Below, in pieces: positions 46,601 through 55,657 of a stretch of DNA of 64,000 bases. The notes below the pieces were generated by a model, which made no database searches, was not told where the DNA came from, and saw only the letters and a list, made by a program, of their open reading frames with translations. The translations under genes and the position numbers were made by a program. Origin of the DNA: Bdellovibrionales bacterium (GTDB lineage: Bacteria > Bdellovibrionota > UBA1018 > CAIMNF01); the NCBI GenBank assembly GCA_040380025.1, contig JBEIJY010000002.1, positions 104,239 through 168,238 on the forward strand. The letters are read 5' to 3'. Numbering within the stretch: the stretch's first letter is position 1; every line of letters starts with the position of its first letter.

Positions 46601-46993
46601 GAATTTCTTGAGCTCATCCGTGACCGGGTAGGACTTTTGCCGGATCCGCAACTCGTAGTTCCGGAATCCGGGCTTTTTGATCCACGGGAATTTTTTGAGC
46701 GTTTCTGCGATTTCGTTCAGGGAACCGGAGCCGATGTTGGTGGTCGGATCCCCGAAGAGCATTTTTCGGTACATCTCGAAGGCAAGGCGGTGACTTTGGA
46801 TGTTCAGATCGGGTTCGAGTCCCCGGGTGAAGGCCAGGAGCAGATCGTCCAGGGTTCGGATCTCGCCGGACGAGCGGGAGAGAAGCTCGTTGCAAGAATG
46901 GTCCTGAGCCCGCGCGGAGAGGGAGGGGGGAATCAGGGATGAAAAAACAAGGAACGCGAAGGCGCAAAAGCGAGAAATCCGGTTGTAATGCAC
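43694..46993 (-). CDS. Large secreted protein with C-terminal FGE-sulfatase (C-type-lectin-fold) domain
   Basis: Signal peptide; C-terminal YRLPTDAEWEYAARAG, PNALGIHDLYGNVWEW, RGGS, GFRLVR. Confidence 0.82.
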   Translation of the reverse strand: MHYNRISRFCAFAFLVFSSLIPPSLSARAQDHSCNELLSRSSGEIRTLDDLLLAFTRGLEPDLNIQSHRLAFEMYRKMLFGDPTTNIGSGSLNEIAETLKKFPWIKKPGFRNYELRIRQKSYPVTDELKKFLKPKLEGANQALSNLYSIDSNIGYWKKVFQYEGEAKDFPGWFAQRIPEETRRYLKNPEFPGKTRAARLYRILMNERSRLAGENKKTHPIHQAIIDVIHTVGLHDPAILARLKSNDGLEQINGFYSFLEARESFLLDEGDPNCGFQHMLIRYGVQAPSGIDDERTLLSGLETLQASIKENPIEVLTDWKKRTLRTLSLIEAPFRSCIGGADCSSRTYFLRALDPNYIYFTLTDATGHSDGQITVVLGEARPEAGPRARVAFLDKVQNIDHAELPLMLEGVRGSLEEQGYVLAMPRDMGDHNGISNSSFTRIFLQSRIKTDPGRKMTRFSPHKHAFWAYSGYSRADNGLTVYPVLPFDLNEDFGLSPGAIQKNWNTGAIDMDRMIGPAIELKHGSPEDRIRYLATMRGILDAGFKADPDFERTILEWIADLGLSFPIRKQALIVEMERSEDHGHFIGTLFRHLPSFSREDQIQIIQNLLDTPRHRSRIMSARTNLPDLMILVRKNKSIRTEILEAYSSDFSPLIEKVLGAEDVSDRNVIRVIGALGNPQVFMHPSGLTPILSALEGSSIESWVKSELVKQLVKNGGDAVSPSLRAVLTPGSDPAMIRAGLLVLERLPAPESGIPDGVRAFRGISPLVESGHAASFEEAARMWLAHPVPVVVEDWNLEIAAKAEAVLSRMGSGERAWNSFWDAIPGSEREAVAGVISKKTGIPVFLDLAKKRGLSSILFGHGLLESFRFQPVITGTQARRGIPFLLGSEEKSRKVVLTEPFEMQVTPFTQLQITLLTGTNRSFFSGGGIEVMADGRRVALNPDLPVESYSWNEIQSFLKELNANDPVWNYRLPTDAEWEYAARAGGPPNHGRHGDLRNRAWFLENSQQRTRPVARLQPNALGIHDLYGNVWEWVEDRPSGLSLGLILNPSALFSVFTRICRGGSHKNIGTEVNSSSHIGLRPDEAKSTVGFRLVRTPKKKQ

Positions 46994-47056
46994 CGCGGAA
47001 CGTTAGACCCAAAAAGACAGGATTGCAAGTCGGCCAAAATGGTCCCCTTTGGTTAT

Positions 47057-47121
47057 AAACGGGAACCTTTGATTGTGCTTGTTCAGAGCAGTAACCCAAG
47101 CTCAATCAGAGGGCGCAGTTT
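47057..47121. repeat. Core-less short form of the dispersed fold-back element
   Basis: CCTTTGATTGTGCTTG...CAAGCTCAATCAGAGGGCGCAGTTT resembles the element termini. Confidence 0.6.
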
Positions 47122-47140
47122 GCCACCAAAAGCGACAATT

Positions 47141-47169
47141 TTGACTTTTCGGGCTCCAGGCGGTAGAAT
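47141..47169 (+). promoter_or_regulatory. Putative sigma70 promoter of rpoZ
   Basis: TTGACT-N17-TAGAAT, 9 nt before the ATG. Confidence 0.65.
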
Positions 47170-47178
47170 CCTACCCCT

Positions 47179-47400
47179 ATGGCAAGAGTAACGATCGAAG
47201 ACTGTTTGGATCATGTCGAAAACATGTACGAGTTGATTCACCTGGCAACCCGCCGTTCCCGTCAGCTGTTCAAGGGCGCGGATGTTCTGGTGAAGTCCAA
47301 GAACCGCACGGTCGTGACCGCCCTTCGCGAAATCGCGGCCGGCAAGGTGAAGCCTTTGTATCGGGGAGCCGACGAGGCTCCTCTGCCCGGCGAACTCTGA
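47179..47400 (+). CDS. rpoZ: RNA polymerase omega subunit
   Basis: MARVTIEDCL...LATRRSRQL...VTALREIAAG. Confidence 0.95.
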   Translation: MARVTIEDCLDHVENMYELIHLATRRSRQLFKGADVLVKSKNRTVVTALREIAAGKVKPLYRGADEAPLPGEL

Positions 47401-47424
47401 TTCGAGTTCAGAAAGTTTGAAACG

Positions 47425-47462
47425 GCCTGCTCGATCCTTCGGATGGAGCAGGCTTTTTTTTT
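47425..47462 (+). terminator. Intrinsic terminator after rpoZ
   Basis: GCCTGCTCGATCC-TTCG-GATGGAGCAGGC followed by T9. Confidence 0.8.
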
Positions 47463-47501
47463 GAGGCAAGGACTGGATGCCAGCGTGCGAGGCGATGATC
47501 G

Positions 47502-48326
47502 ATGGCCGTATTTGATCCGGACACCTATCAGCAACACCGGATTTTTTATCCGCAGGCGCTCTTTGAGCCGCTGAAGCCGGTGCTTGGGCCGCGCTCGGAT
47601 GGAATCATCCGCGTCCTTGATCTCGGCGCGGGAACCGGAAACTCCGCTTGGTCCTTCCGGCAGTTTTATCCGGGAGAGATCGATTTCACTCTGATCGATC
47701 CCGATCCTGCCATGTTGGAGCGGGTTCTTCCGCTTGATTTCGGACCGGGCACACGCGTGCGGACCCGGGTTGCCTCATCCCATGAAATCGAAAGCGCTCT
47801 GCCAGATGGCCCTCGCGAACAAAGCCCCTTTGACATCGCACTCGCAGGCTCGGCCTGGCACTGGATGCATTCCTCTGAAACGATCCGGGCTCTGGAAGCG
47901 CGTCTTGTTTCCGGAGGAGCGTTTTTTGTGTTTGAGTACCGGTTCCCTCGAGTGGTGGGCGGTGCGGACGCTTCAGGTCTGAACGAGTGGATCCGGCGCA
48001 ACTTCAACTTGTACTGGAAGACTCCCGATCAAAAGCCCCGAGGAAGCCTGCGCGAGCTCACAGAGCCGCTTCGCGAGCATGATTCTTTCTTCGAGCGCGC
48101 CTCGGTGGAATGCATCGGGGAGTTCGAAATCGACCCCGAAGCTCTGGGCGGAGTGGTGGTTTCGCAGTCCCGATACCTCGCCTTCGAGCGTACGCTCCCG
48201 GATGAGGCGGCCCGCGAGAGGGCAAGAAGTGAACTCTTACAAGAGATCAAAAACCGCTGGCCCGAATCGCGTCCCATGCGCGTGGAGTATGACTTTCAGG
48301 GGTTTTTGTTCGCGCGGAGGTATTGA
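47502..48326 (+). CDS. Class I SAM-dependent methyltransferase
   Basis: VLDLGAGTG, IDPDPAML, AWHW motifs. Confidence 0.82.
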   Translation: MAVFDPDTYQQHRIFYPQALFEPLKPVLGPRSDGIIRVLDLGAGTGNSAWSFRQFYPGEIDFTLIDPDPAMLERVLPLDFGPGTRVRTRVASSHEIESALPDGPREQSPFDIALAGSAWHWMHSSETIRALEARLVSGGAFFVFEYRFPRVVGGADASGLNEWIRRNFNLYWKTPDQKPRGSLRELTEPLREHDSFFERASVECIGEFEIDPEALGGVVVSQSRYLAFERTLPDEAARERARSELLQEIKNRWPESRPMRVEYDFQGFLFARRY

Positions 48327-48328
48327 CC

Positions 48329-49138
48329 TCACCCCCGCATGAGCTTGGATCGCTTGGTCGCGGCGAGCACCGCTTTGATCAGGGTCACCCGGAGCTTTCC
48401 TTCTTCGAGCGCCATGAGCCCGTCAATCGTGCATCCGGCAGGGGTGGTGACCTCGTCCTTGAGCGCCGCCGGGTGCTCTCCCCGTTCGAGCACCATCTTT
48501 GCGGCACCCATCATGGTCTGTGCGGCAAGCACGGTCGCTTGCTTTCTTGAGATCCCGACCTTCACTCCCGCCTCGCTCAACGATTCGATCATGAGGTAAA
48601 TGTAGGCCGGTCCGCATCCGCTGAGCCCCGTGACCCCGTCAAAGAGGCTTTCTTCGAGCCGGGTCACAATGCCGAGTTCGCCGAAGATTTTCTCGGCGAT
48701 CGAGAGGTGCTTTTCTTCGCATCGGGGACCGGCGCAAATGGCGGTGACGCCGCTTTGAATCAGGCAAGGGGTGTTCGGCATGGCGCGAATGATGGAGGCG
48801 CGGCCCCCGCTCCACTCCGAGATCTGCTCGGTCGAAATCGCGGCGCAGATCGAGAGAATCAGCTGCTTTGGAGTGATGTGCTCGGCATTCGCGCGAAGGA
48901 CTTTTTCGACCTGATGGGGTTTGATCGCAAGAAGCAGAATGTCGGCTTCCTGGAACGCCCGCGTGTTGTCAGTCGAGCAGGGGATTCCGAGCGAGTTGTG
49001 AACTTCTTTTGCGGATTCCTCGGTGCGGGTCGTGCCGAGGATCCGGTAACTTCCCGGATGAGAGCCTGCCATGAGGCCCCGGGCGATCGCTTCACCCATT
49101 TTTCCCATTCCGATGATCGAGAGGGTCTGCTTTGCCAT
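48329..49138 (-). CDS. proC: Pyrroline-5-carboxylate reductase
   Basis: IGMGKMG, LAIKP, RAMPNTP, SGCGPAY, VTTPAGCT. Confidence 0.94.
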   Translation of the reverse strand: MAKQTLSIIGMGKMGEAIARGLMAGSHPGSYRILGTTRTEESAKEVHNSLGIPCSTDNTRAFQEADILLLAIKPHQVEKVLRANAEHITPKQLILSICAAISTEQISEWSGGRASIIRAMPNTPCLIQSGVTAICAGPRCEEKHLSIAEKIFGELGIVTRLEESLFDGVTGLSGCGPAYIYLMIESLSEAGVKVGISRKQATVLAAQTMMGAAKMVLERGEHPAALKDEVTTPAGCTIDGLMALEEGKLRVTLIKAVLAATKRSKLMRG

Positions 49139-49172
49139 ACTCTTCCAGTTTGCAGGAAGAGCCATCGCACCG

Positions 49173-51749
49173 CTACTGCTTTGCGCTTTTGCCTCGCGGG
49201 AGTGCACGATTTTTCAGGGTCGCTCCGGAACCGGTTTTCAGGTTTGTCTTCAGGGCGGGTTTTTTGACGCGATTCAAGGGCTTGACGGGTTTCGGAGCTT
49301 TTCTCGGACGGATCACGAGGGGGAATACCTCTGAGATCTGGCTCACAAAATGAATGTCGAGGCTCCGAAGAAGTTCAATGGGCAGATCATGAAGATCGCG
49401 CTCGTTCTCTTTGGGCAAAATCACGCGCTCCACACCCGAACGGCGAGCGGCCAGAAGCTTCTCGCGAACTCCCCCGATCGGAAGCACGCGCCCCGTGAGC
49501 GAGAGTTCTCCGGTCATGGCGGTCTTCACGCGCGCAGGATCGCGGGTGAAGAGCGAGTACAGGGCGGAGGCAAGGGTGATTCCCGCACTCGGACCATCTT
49601 TGGGAATGGCGCCGGCCGGGATGTGAATGTGGATGTCGCGGTCTTTCAGAGCCGCAGGAGAGATCACCATCTCGTCAATGAGCCGCTTTTTGACAAACGT
49701 CCACGCGATCTGGGCGCTCTCGAGCATGACTTCGCCCATTTGTCCTGTGAGCTTCAGCTGGCCCGAGCCGGGAAGATCGATCGCCTCGATGAAGAGAATC
49801 TCGCCCCCTAGCGCGGTCCAGGCAAGTCCGGTCATCACACCCGGAATCCCCGCGCGATCTGCAAGCTCGTGGGAGAATCGCCTTGGACCCAAAAGTTCCA
49901 AAAGGTCGTCGGTTCCGACGACAATCGGAAGCTTCAGCCTCTCGCGCGACTCGCGCCGCTCGACGATGCGGGCCGCGATCTTGCGGGCGATCCGGCCCAA
50001 GGCTTGCTCGAGAATCCGGAGCCCCGGCTCGCGCGCGTAATCCAGAATCAGTTGCCGGAGCGCCGGACGTTCGATCCGGAGGTCCGCCGGTTTCAGCGCG
50101 GTTTCTTCGAGGACTTTCGGCAGAATGTGGCTTCTCGCGATTTGTTCCTTCTCCTCAAGCGTGTAGCCGTTCAGCTCGATCACCTCCATGCGGTCGAGGA
50201 GGGGCGGCGGAATGCTCTGAAGGGTATTCGCAGTCGCGATGAAGATCATCTGCGAGAGATCGAAGGGGACATCAAGATAATGATCGAGGAAGTTCGAATT
50301 CTGTTCGGGGTCCAGCACCTCCAGGAGCGCACTCGCCGGATCGCCATGATAATGGCTTGCAAGCTTGTCGATCTCATCGAGCAGAATGACCGCATTCTTG
50401 CTCCCGGCCCGTTTTGCGGCCTGAATGAATTTTCCGGGCATCGCGCCGATGTAGGTGCGGCGGTGCCCCTTGATCTCGGCTTCGTCCCGCATTCCTCCAA
50501 GCGAGAAACGGTAGAACTTGCGCCCCATGGCCTCGGCGATGGATTTTCCGATCGAGGTTTTTCCGACGCCGGGAGGGCCGACGAGAAGAATGATCGATCC
50601 TTTTTTGGAGAGTTTCTTCTGGGCCGCATGAAGGTTCCGGACGGCTAGGAATTCGAGAATCCTCTCTTTCACCTTTTCAAGGCCCGTGTGGTGACGGTCC
50701 AGAACCTCACGTGCGCTCGAGAGATTCAACCGGTCCTCGGTCGTGATGTTCCAAGGGAGCGAACACAGTGTTTCGAGGTAGCCGAGCGAGATTGTGTACT
50801 CTGGAGATTGCTCGTTCAGGGTCTCGAATTTCGAGAGCTCTTCGAGCGCGGTTTTCTTCACCTCTTCGGGCATACCCGCGGCCTCGATTCGCTCGCGGAA
50901 GGAGCGCGCACTTTTGTCGCGGCCTTCTTCCTCCATTCCGAGTTCTTTTTTGATCAGCTTCAGCTGTTCCCGCAAAAAGAACTCGCGTTGGAGCGTGGTG
51001 ATTTTCTGGTTCACCTCGTCGTTGATTTTTTTTTGGACGGTGGCCACGTCCTGCTCGCGCTTCAAAAAAACCAAAAGCTTTTCAAAGCGCGTCCGGACGT
51101 CGAAGGTTTCGAGATAATCCTGCGAATCCTCGCGCGAGAGGCCGAGCGCGAAGGCCACAATGTCGGCCACCACCCCCGAGTGGGGCGCATTGATCAGGGC
51201 AAGCTTCATCTCTTCATTGAAGAAGGGATGGGTCTCCGAGAGCTCCTTGACATGGCTGATGATCGAGCGGGTGAGTGCGTCGATCTCAAGGCTCTTCTCC
51301 GGGGACTTCTCTTCGACGTATTCCGGCTCCACCACCAAAATGGGCTGCTCGGCCAGGGTCTTTTTGATGCGGAAGCGGCGGAGTCCCTGAATCAGAATTT
51401 GAATGGATCCGTCCGGGAGTTTGATCCGCTTCAGGATTTTGACCGCCATGCCCGTCTGGTACACATCGGCGGCTTTCGGCTCTTCGGGCAGCGTGTCCGA
51501 GCGGGTCAGGAGGAGTCCCAGATGATGCTGCTTTCGCGCCAAGAGTTCTTCGATGGTCGCGATGGATCTTGGTTGCCACACCACCATGGGAACAATCAGG
51601 GTAGGGTAAATCACAGGGCCCGGAACCGGAATCGTGAAGAGGTTCTGGGGAAGGACTTGGTCCGGGAGAAGAATGCCCGGATTAGATGCCACCGGATGAT
51701 TTGCGTCGCTCACATCTGATAAAGATGGTGCCGGAGGCGGCGAAATCAA
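49173..51749 (-). CDS. lon: ATP-dependent Lon protease
   Basis: GPPGVGKTS, HRRTYIGAMPG, DPASALLEVLD, PKDGPSAG, GGVREK; start uncertain. Confidence 0.94.
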   Translation of the reverse strand: MISPPPAPSLSDVSDANHPVASNPGILLPDQVLPQNLFTIPVPGPVIYPTLIVPMVVWQPRSIATIEELLARKQHHLGLLLTRSDTLPEEPKAADVYQTGMAVKILKRIKLPDGSIQILIQGLRRFRIKKTLAEQPILVVEPEYVEEKSPEKSLEIDALTRSIISHVKELSETHPFFNEEMKLALINAPHSGVVADIVAFALGLSREDSQDYLETFDVRTRFEKLLVFLKREQDVATVQKKINDEVNQKITTLQREFFLREQLKLIKKELGMEEEGRDKSARSFRERIEAAGMPEEVKKTALEELSKFETLNEQSPEYTISLGYLETLCSLPWNITTEDRLNLSSAREVLDRHHTGLEKVKERILEFLAVRNLHAAQKKLSKKGSIILLVGPPGVGKTSIGKSIAEAMGRKFYRFSLGGMRDEAEIKGHRRTYIGAMPGKFIQAAKRAGSKNAVILLDEIDKLASHYHGDPASALLEVLDPEQNSNFLDHYLDVPFDLSQMIFIATANTLQSIPPPLLDRMEVIELNGYTLEEKEQIARSHILPKVLEETALKPADLRIERPALRQLILDYAREPGLRILEQALGRIARKIAARIVERRESRERLKLPIVVGTDDLLELLGPRRFSHELADRAGIPGVMTGLAWTALGGEILFIEAIDLPGSGQLKLTGQMGEVMLESAQIAWTFVKKRLIDEMVISPAALKDRDIHIHIPAGAIPKDGPSAGITLASALYSLFTRDPARVKTAMTGELSLTGRVLPIGGVREKLLAARRSGVERVILPKENERDLHDLPIELLRSLDIHFVSQISEVFPLVIRPRKAPKPVKPLNRVKKPALKTNLKTGSGATLKNRALPRGKSAKQ

Positions 51750-52246
51750 GGCTTCAGGTCAATAATAATCCTGGCCGGCTCCGTCAGTTCAAAAACTTCA
51801 GTCTTAACCGGTCCTTGCAGGTCGATGGCGAACATCCAGCGGTCCTGTTCCATCGGGGGGAAGAACTCAATTTTTTTGATCGATTTCGTTTTGCGCGCGG
51901 ATTGAATGGCGGTCTGAGTCGAAAACTCCGCCTTGATCTTTCCGAACAGGGTAGCCACGATGCGGCGCGAATCGCGGTTGTTTTGCACCATGAAAAAGGG
52001 CGGCCGCTCGAGTTTGGCGATGTCGATCACGATCCGGTCAAAGCCCCCTTGGTTTGCCGCAATCCGGACGTTCTCGATCTTCACGTCGGAGCTCAGTCGA
52101 TCTCCTCCCGAGAATGCGCCTTCCTGCAGATAAATGTCTTTTTTCACCCGAAGGGCGGGGCGGAACGCATGTTCATCGAACGCGGCAATCGAGGGAGACG
52201 CTGTCCAAAGAAGAGCGAGACCGGCAAGAATCAAACGAGTGAGCAT
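51746..52246 (-). CDS. AMIN-like domain secreted protein
   Basis: Signal peptide; FDRIVIDI ... FELTEPARIIIDL. Confidence 0.6.
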   Translation of the reverse strand: MLTRLILAGLALLWTASPSIAAFDEHAFRPALRVKKDIYLQEGAFSGGDRLSSDVKIENVRIAANQGGFDRIVIDIAKLERPPFFMVQNNRDSRRIVATLFGKIKAEFSTQTAIQSARKTKSIKKIEFFPPMEQDRWMFAIDLQGPVKTEVFELTEPARIIIDLKP

Positions 52247-52293
52247 CTTGAAATCAGCTTAGAGCCCGTAGGCGCTGAATTCAATCGAAACCG

Positions 52294-53073
52294 CTACTTC
52301 TTCGAGCGAAACAACATCGCCAGGGCGATCCCGATTCCGAGTCCGAACAGAATCACACTTGTCCTGCTTGGCGATTCTTCGGGTTTTTGGCCCGTTTCAT
52401 CGGGCTTTTTCGTGCTTTCTTCCGGGGATGCCACAGGGGCTTCGGGGAGTACGGAGCCTGCGGATCCCGGTGAGGCCGGGGAGGCCGCTCCGGGGCGGGG
52501 CTCGGTTGCTCCTGCCGCAGGAGGCGGTTCCGGGGAGGCAGCCAGTTTTTTCAAATCCCCGATCGACCAGTCCTTGCGGTTCGCCTCGATGCCCGGTCCC
52601 TGCGCACCCTCGGCAGAGCCCTCCGAGTAGGCCAGCAGCCCTCCGGAGAGCAGTTCTTTTCCGTTTTTCTTCTCGATCTCGAACTTTCCGAGTTCGAGTC
52701 CCTCGATTTCGTACGAGCGGTCCTCGAGCAGATCTCCCAAAAACAGCACGGTATCCTCATTTTCATGGAATTCCGGGGCGCCCGCGACTTCGACGGTCAT
52801 GCCGTTCGTCGATCCGCCCGCTTTCCGGATCAGGATTCTTTTTTCCTGGATCCGGCCCTTCAAGACCTCGGTGATCTCAACCTCGGCATAGGTGCGGATC
52901 ACGCGGTTCCCTTCGGTGTCCGTCCCCTCCTCGGGGCGGATGGAGCGAACGATCCCCCGGACGATGTTGGGCGAGCTTTGAACGAACTCGCTCATCGGAG
53001 CGATGTGGAAGCTTGTCGCGCGCGAAATCACGGGTGGGAGGAGCAGGCCCAGCAAAAGGAAGTGCAACTTCAT
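52294..53073 (-). CDS. Exported protein with Pro-rich linker and C-terminal membrane anchor
   Basis: Signal peptide, OB-like beta domain (IVRGIV..EVLKG..GG..VAGAPEF..VLFL), P/A/S/E linker, TM helix + RSKK. Confidence 0.7.
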   Translation of the reverse strand: MKLHFLLLGLLLPPVISRATSFHIAPMSEFVQSSPNIVRGIVRSIRPEEGTDTEGNRVIRTYAEVEITEVLKGRIQEKRILIRKAGGSTNGMTVEVAGAPEFHENEDTVLFLGDLLEDRSYEIEGLELGKFEIEKKNGKELLSGGLLAYSEGSAEGAQGPGIEANRKDWSIGDLKKLAASPEPPPAAGATEPRPGAASPASPGSAGSVLPEAPVASPEESTKKPDETGQKPEESPSRTSVILFGLGIGIALAMLFRSKK

Positions 53074-53102
53074 GCCGGATATCGTATCAATAAATCCGAT
53101 TC

Positions 53103-54887
53103 ATGGCACTCATCCAGCGTTCCGTATTGGAGAAATCAAAGTCCAGCGTCATCTACTTGGTGCTGTTTGTGGGGCTGATTTTTGCGCTGATCGGAGTCTA
53201 CCGCGGCGGGGTGCATCTGTCGGGGCTCCGCGCAGAATCGGTGTTCCTTCCGGATCTTCCCGGAGCGATTTTTCTTTCGTGGATGCGAATGGCGGCCGCC
53301 TACTGCGCCTCGCTGGTGTTCGCGTACACCTTCGGGCTTCTGGCCGCGCGCACTGCAACGGGAGAACGCTTCATTCTTCCGGTACTGGACATTCTGCAAT
53401 CGGTTCCCGTGGTGGGGTTCTTTCCGGCGGCGATCACGTTCTTCATCGGAATCACCGACGGTCACCGCATCGGCGTCGAGCTTTCGGCCGTGTTTTTGAT
53501 TTTCACCTCGCAGGCCTGGAACATCGGCTTCGCCGTGTACGAGTCCGTGAAGGCGATTCCGGTCGAGAACGAAGAGGCGGTGATGAGCATGGGGCTTCCG
53601 CAAAGCCGGAGGTTCCTGAATCTTTATCTGCCGTCCTCGATTCCGCGGGTGATCTACAACTCGATTCTTTCGTGGTCGAATGGCTGGTTCTTCCTCGTGG
53701 CCTGCGAGATCATCGCCATCGGTCCGGTCCGGTACAATCTGCCGGGCATCGGGAGCTTTCTGGCCCGCGCCGCCGAGGACGAAAAGCTTGATCTTGTATT
53801 GTGGGGCATCTTCGCGCTCGTGTGCACGATTCTTCTCATGGATCTGTTCCTCTGGAAGCCGCTCCAGGTTTGGTCCCAGCGGTTCCGGCAGGATGCGACG
53901 GCGAATCAGGACGAAGAGGATGTGGGATTGTTTCTCGATCTTCCGAAGACGATCGCGTCGCGGCTTTCGTTTTTGACGGGGCCTTTGTTGGATATTGTCC
54001 TGACCTTCACGGCCCCGATCCGATGGGCGTTTCGGGAGGTGGTGCTTCCCTTGTTCTGGGATTTGCCGGCATCGCTCCTTTCCAGTCTGTTTGAGGGGGT
54101 TTCGAAGCCGATCCGCCCGGTCCTGAAAACCACAAAAGAGGTGCGCTCTGCGATCGGGTACTTTGCCTTGGGGTTCCTCGTCGTGCTGGGCGGGTTTTAT
54201 GCCTGGAACTGGTTTCGCGGCCCGATCCCGGCCGTTCTGAGCGAGATTCCGGTGGGGCTGTTGTACTCGACCCTGCGGATCCTTGCGGCGCTCTTGATCT
54301 CGTTCTCGTGGGTGCTTCCGCTCGTGTATTTTACCTGGAACCGCCCGCGCCTCCGCCAGCGCCTCACCACCATCGCCCAGCTCGGGGCCTCGATTCCGGC
54401 AACGGCGCTGTTCCCGCTGATTGTGCTTGTTGGCGTGAGAAAGCTCGGCGGCGGAATGGAATTCGCGACGCTTGTTTTGCTGACCTTCGGAATTCAATGG
54501 TACGTGTTGTTCAATGCGATCGGTGGCGCGGCCGGGATTCCCTCCGATTTGGTCGATGCGGCGAGATCCTACGGCCTCAGCCCGTATAAGACCTTCCGAA
54601 CCTTGGTGTTTCCCGCCATTCGTCCGGCCCTCCTGACGGGCGCGATCACGGCTTGGGGTGGTGGATGGAACGCGCTCGTGGTATCGGAATATATCACGGT
54701 GAAGGATGAGGTGGTCCGGGTAAAGGGGCTTGGAGCCCTCCTCAGCCATTCCGTATATGAACTGGGAGATGGCCGTTCCATCACACTTTGCATTCTGGTG
54801 ATGGTCGCATGGATCTTGCTTGTGAACCTTCTGATCTGGCAACCGCTGTATCAACAAAATCTGGAGAGGTTTCGCTTCACCTCATGA
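53103..54887 (+). CDS. NitT/TauT-family ABC transporter permease (two TM modules)
   Basis: LDILQSVPVVGF, IFTSQAWN, SWSNGWFFLVACE, GAITAWGGGWNALVVSE. Confidence 0.88.
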   Translation: MALIQRSVLEKSKSSVIYLVLFVGLIFALIGVYRGGVHLSGLRAESVFLPDLPGAIFLSWMRMAAAYCASLVFAYTFGLLAARTATGERFILPVLDILQSVPVVGFFPAAITFFIGITDGHRIGVELSAVFLIFTSQAWNIGFAVYESVKAIPVENEEAVMSMGLPQSRRFLNLYLPSSIPRVIYNSILSWSNGWFFLVACEIIAIGPVRYNLPGIGSFLARAAEDEKLDLVLWGIFALVCTILLMDLFLWKPLQVWSQRFRQDATANQDEEDVGLFLDLPKTIASRLSFLTGPLLDIVLTFTAPIRWAFREVVLPLFWDLPASLLSSLFEGVSKPIRPVLKTTKEVRSAIGYFALGFLVVLGGFYAWNWFRGPIPAVLSEIPVGLLYSTLRILAALLISFSWVLPLVYFTWNRPRLRQRLTTIAQLGASIPATALFPLIVLVGVRKLGGGMEFATLVLLTFGIQWYVLFNAIGGAAGIPSDLVDAARSYGLSPYKTFRTLVFPAIRPALLTGAITAWGGGWNALVVSEYITVKDEVVRVKGLGALLSHSVYELGDGRSITLCILVMVAWILLVNLLIWQPLYQQNLERFRFTS

Positions 54888-55648
54888 CTCCCGGTACGCA
54901 TCCGCTCATCGAATTCCGAAACGTCACTCGCCGGTTCCTGCTTCCGCAGGGGGAGGTGACCGTGATCGATGACATTTCGTTTCAGGCCCAGGAAGGCGAA
55001 TTCATCACGATCGTCGGGCCTTCGGGCGCGGGCAAGAGCACGCTGCTTCGGATGATGAACGGACTGCTCGCTCCGTCCATGGGTGAGGTGCTGTACAACG
55101 GCGAGCCCCAGCGCGGGATCAACCTCGAGACCTCGATGGTGTTCCAGAATTTCGGACTTTTGCCGTGGCTCACGGTTTCGCAGAACATCGAGCTTGGTCT
55201 CGAGGCGCGCTCGAAAGACGCCGCCTATCGCAAGAACCAGGTCGATCGCTACATCACCAAAGTGGGCCTGGAAGGGTACGAAGAGGCCTATCCCCGCGAG
55301 CTTTCGGGCGGGATGAAGCAAAGGGTGGGGCTTGCGCGCGCCCTTGCCGTGGAGCCGTCGTTGCTCCTCATGGACGAGCCCTTCTCGTCGCTCGACGTGC
55401 TCACGTCGATCAACCTTCGGAACGAACTTTTGGACATCTGGAGTGACCGCGACAACGTGGTGAACACCATGATCATGGTCACTCATAACATCGAGGAGGC
55501 GGTCGAGCTTTCGGATCGGATTCTGATCCTGTCAAACCGCCCCGGAAAAATTGCAGGGGAGCTGAAGGTGGATCTTCCGCGCCCGAGACGAAAGCGGGAC
55601 CCGCTGTTCTCGGAGCATGTGGACCGGGTCTTCTCACTTCTTGCGTAG
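54884..55648 (+). CDS. NitT/TauT-family ABC transporter ATP-binding protein
   Basis: GPSGAGKST, YPRELSGGMKQR, LLMDEPFS, VTHNIEEAV. Confidence 0.9.
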   Translation: MTPGTHPLIEFRNVTRRFLLPQGEVTVIDDISFQAQEGEFITIVGPSGAGKSTLLRMMNGLLAPSMGEVLYNGEPQRGINLETSMVFQNFGLLPWLTVSQNIELGLEARSKDAAYRKNQVDRYITKVGLEGYEEAYPRELSGGMKQRVGLARALAVEPSLLLMDEPFSSLDVLTSINLRNELLDIWSDRDNVVNTMIMVTHNIEEAVELSDRILILSNRPGKIAGELKVDLPRPRRKRDPLFSEHVDRVFSLLA

Positions 55649-55657
55649 GGAGAGCAT

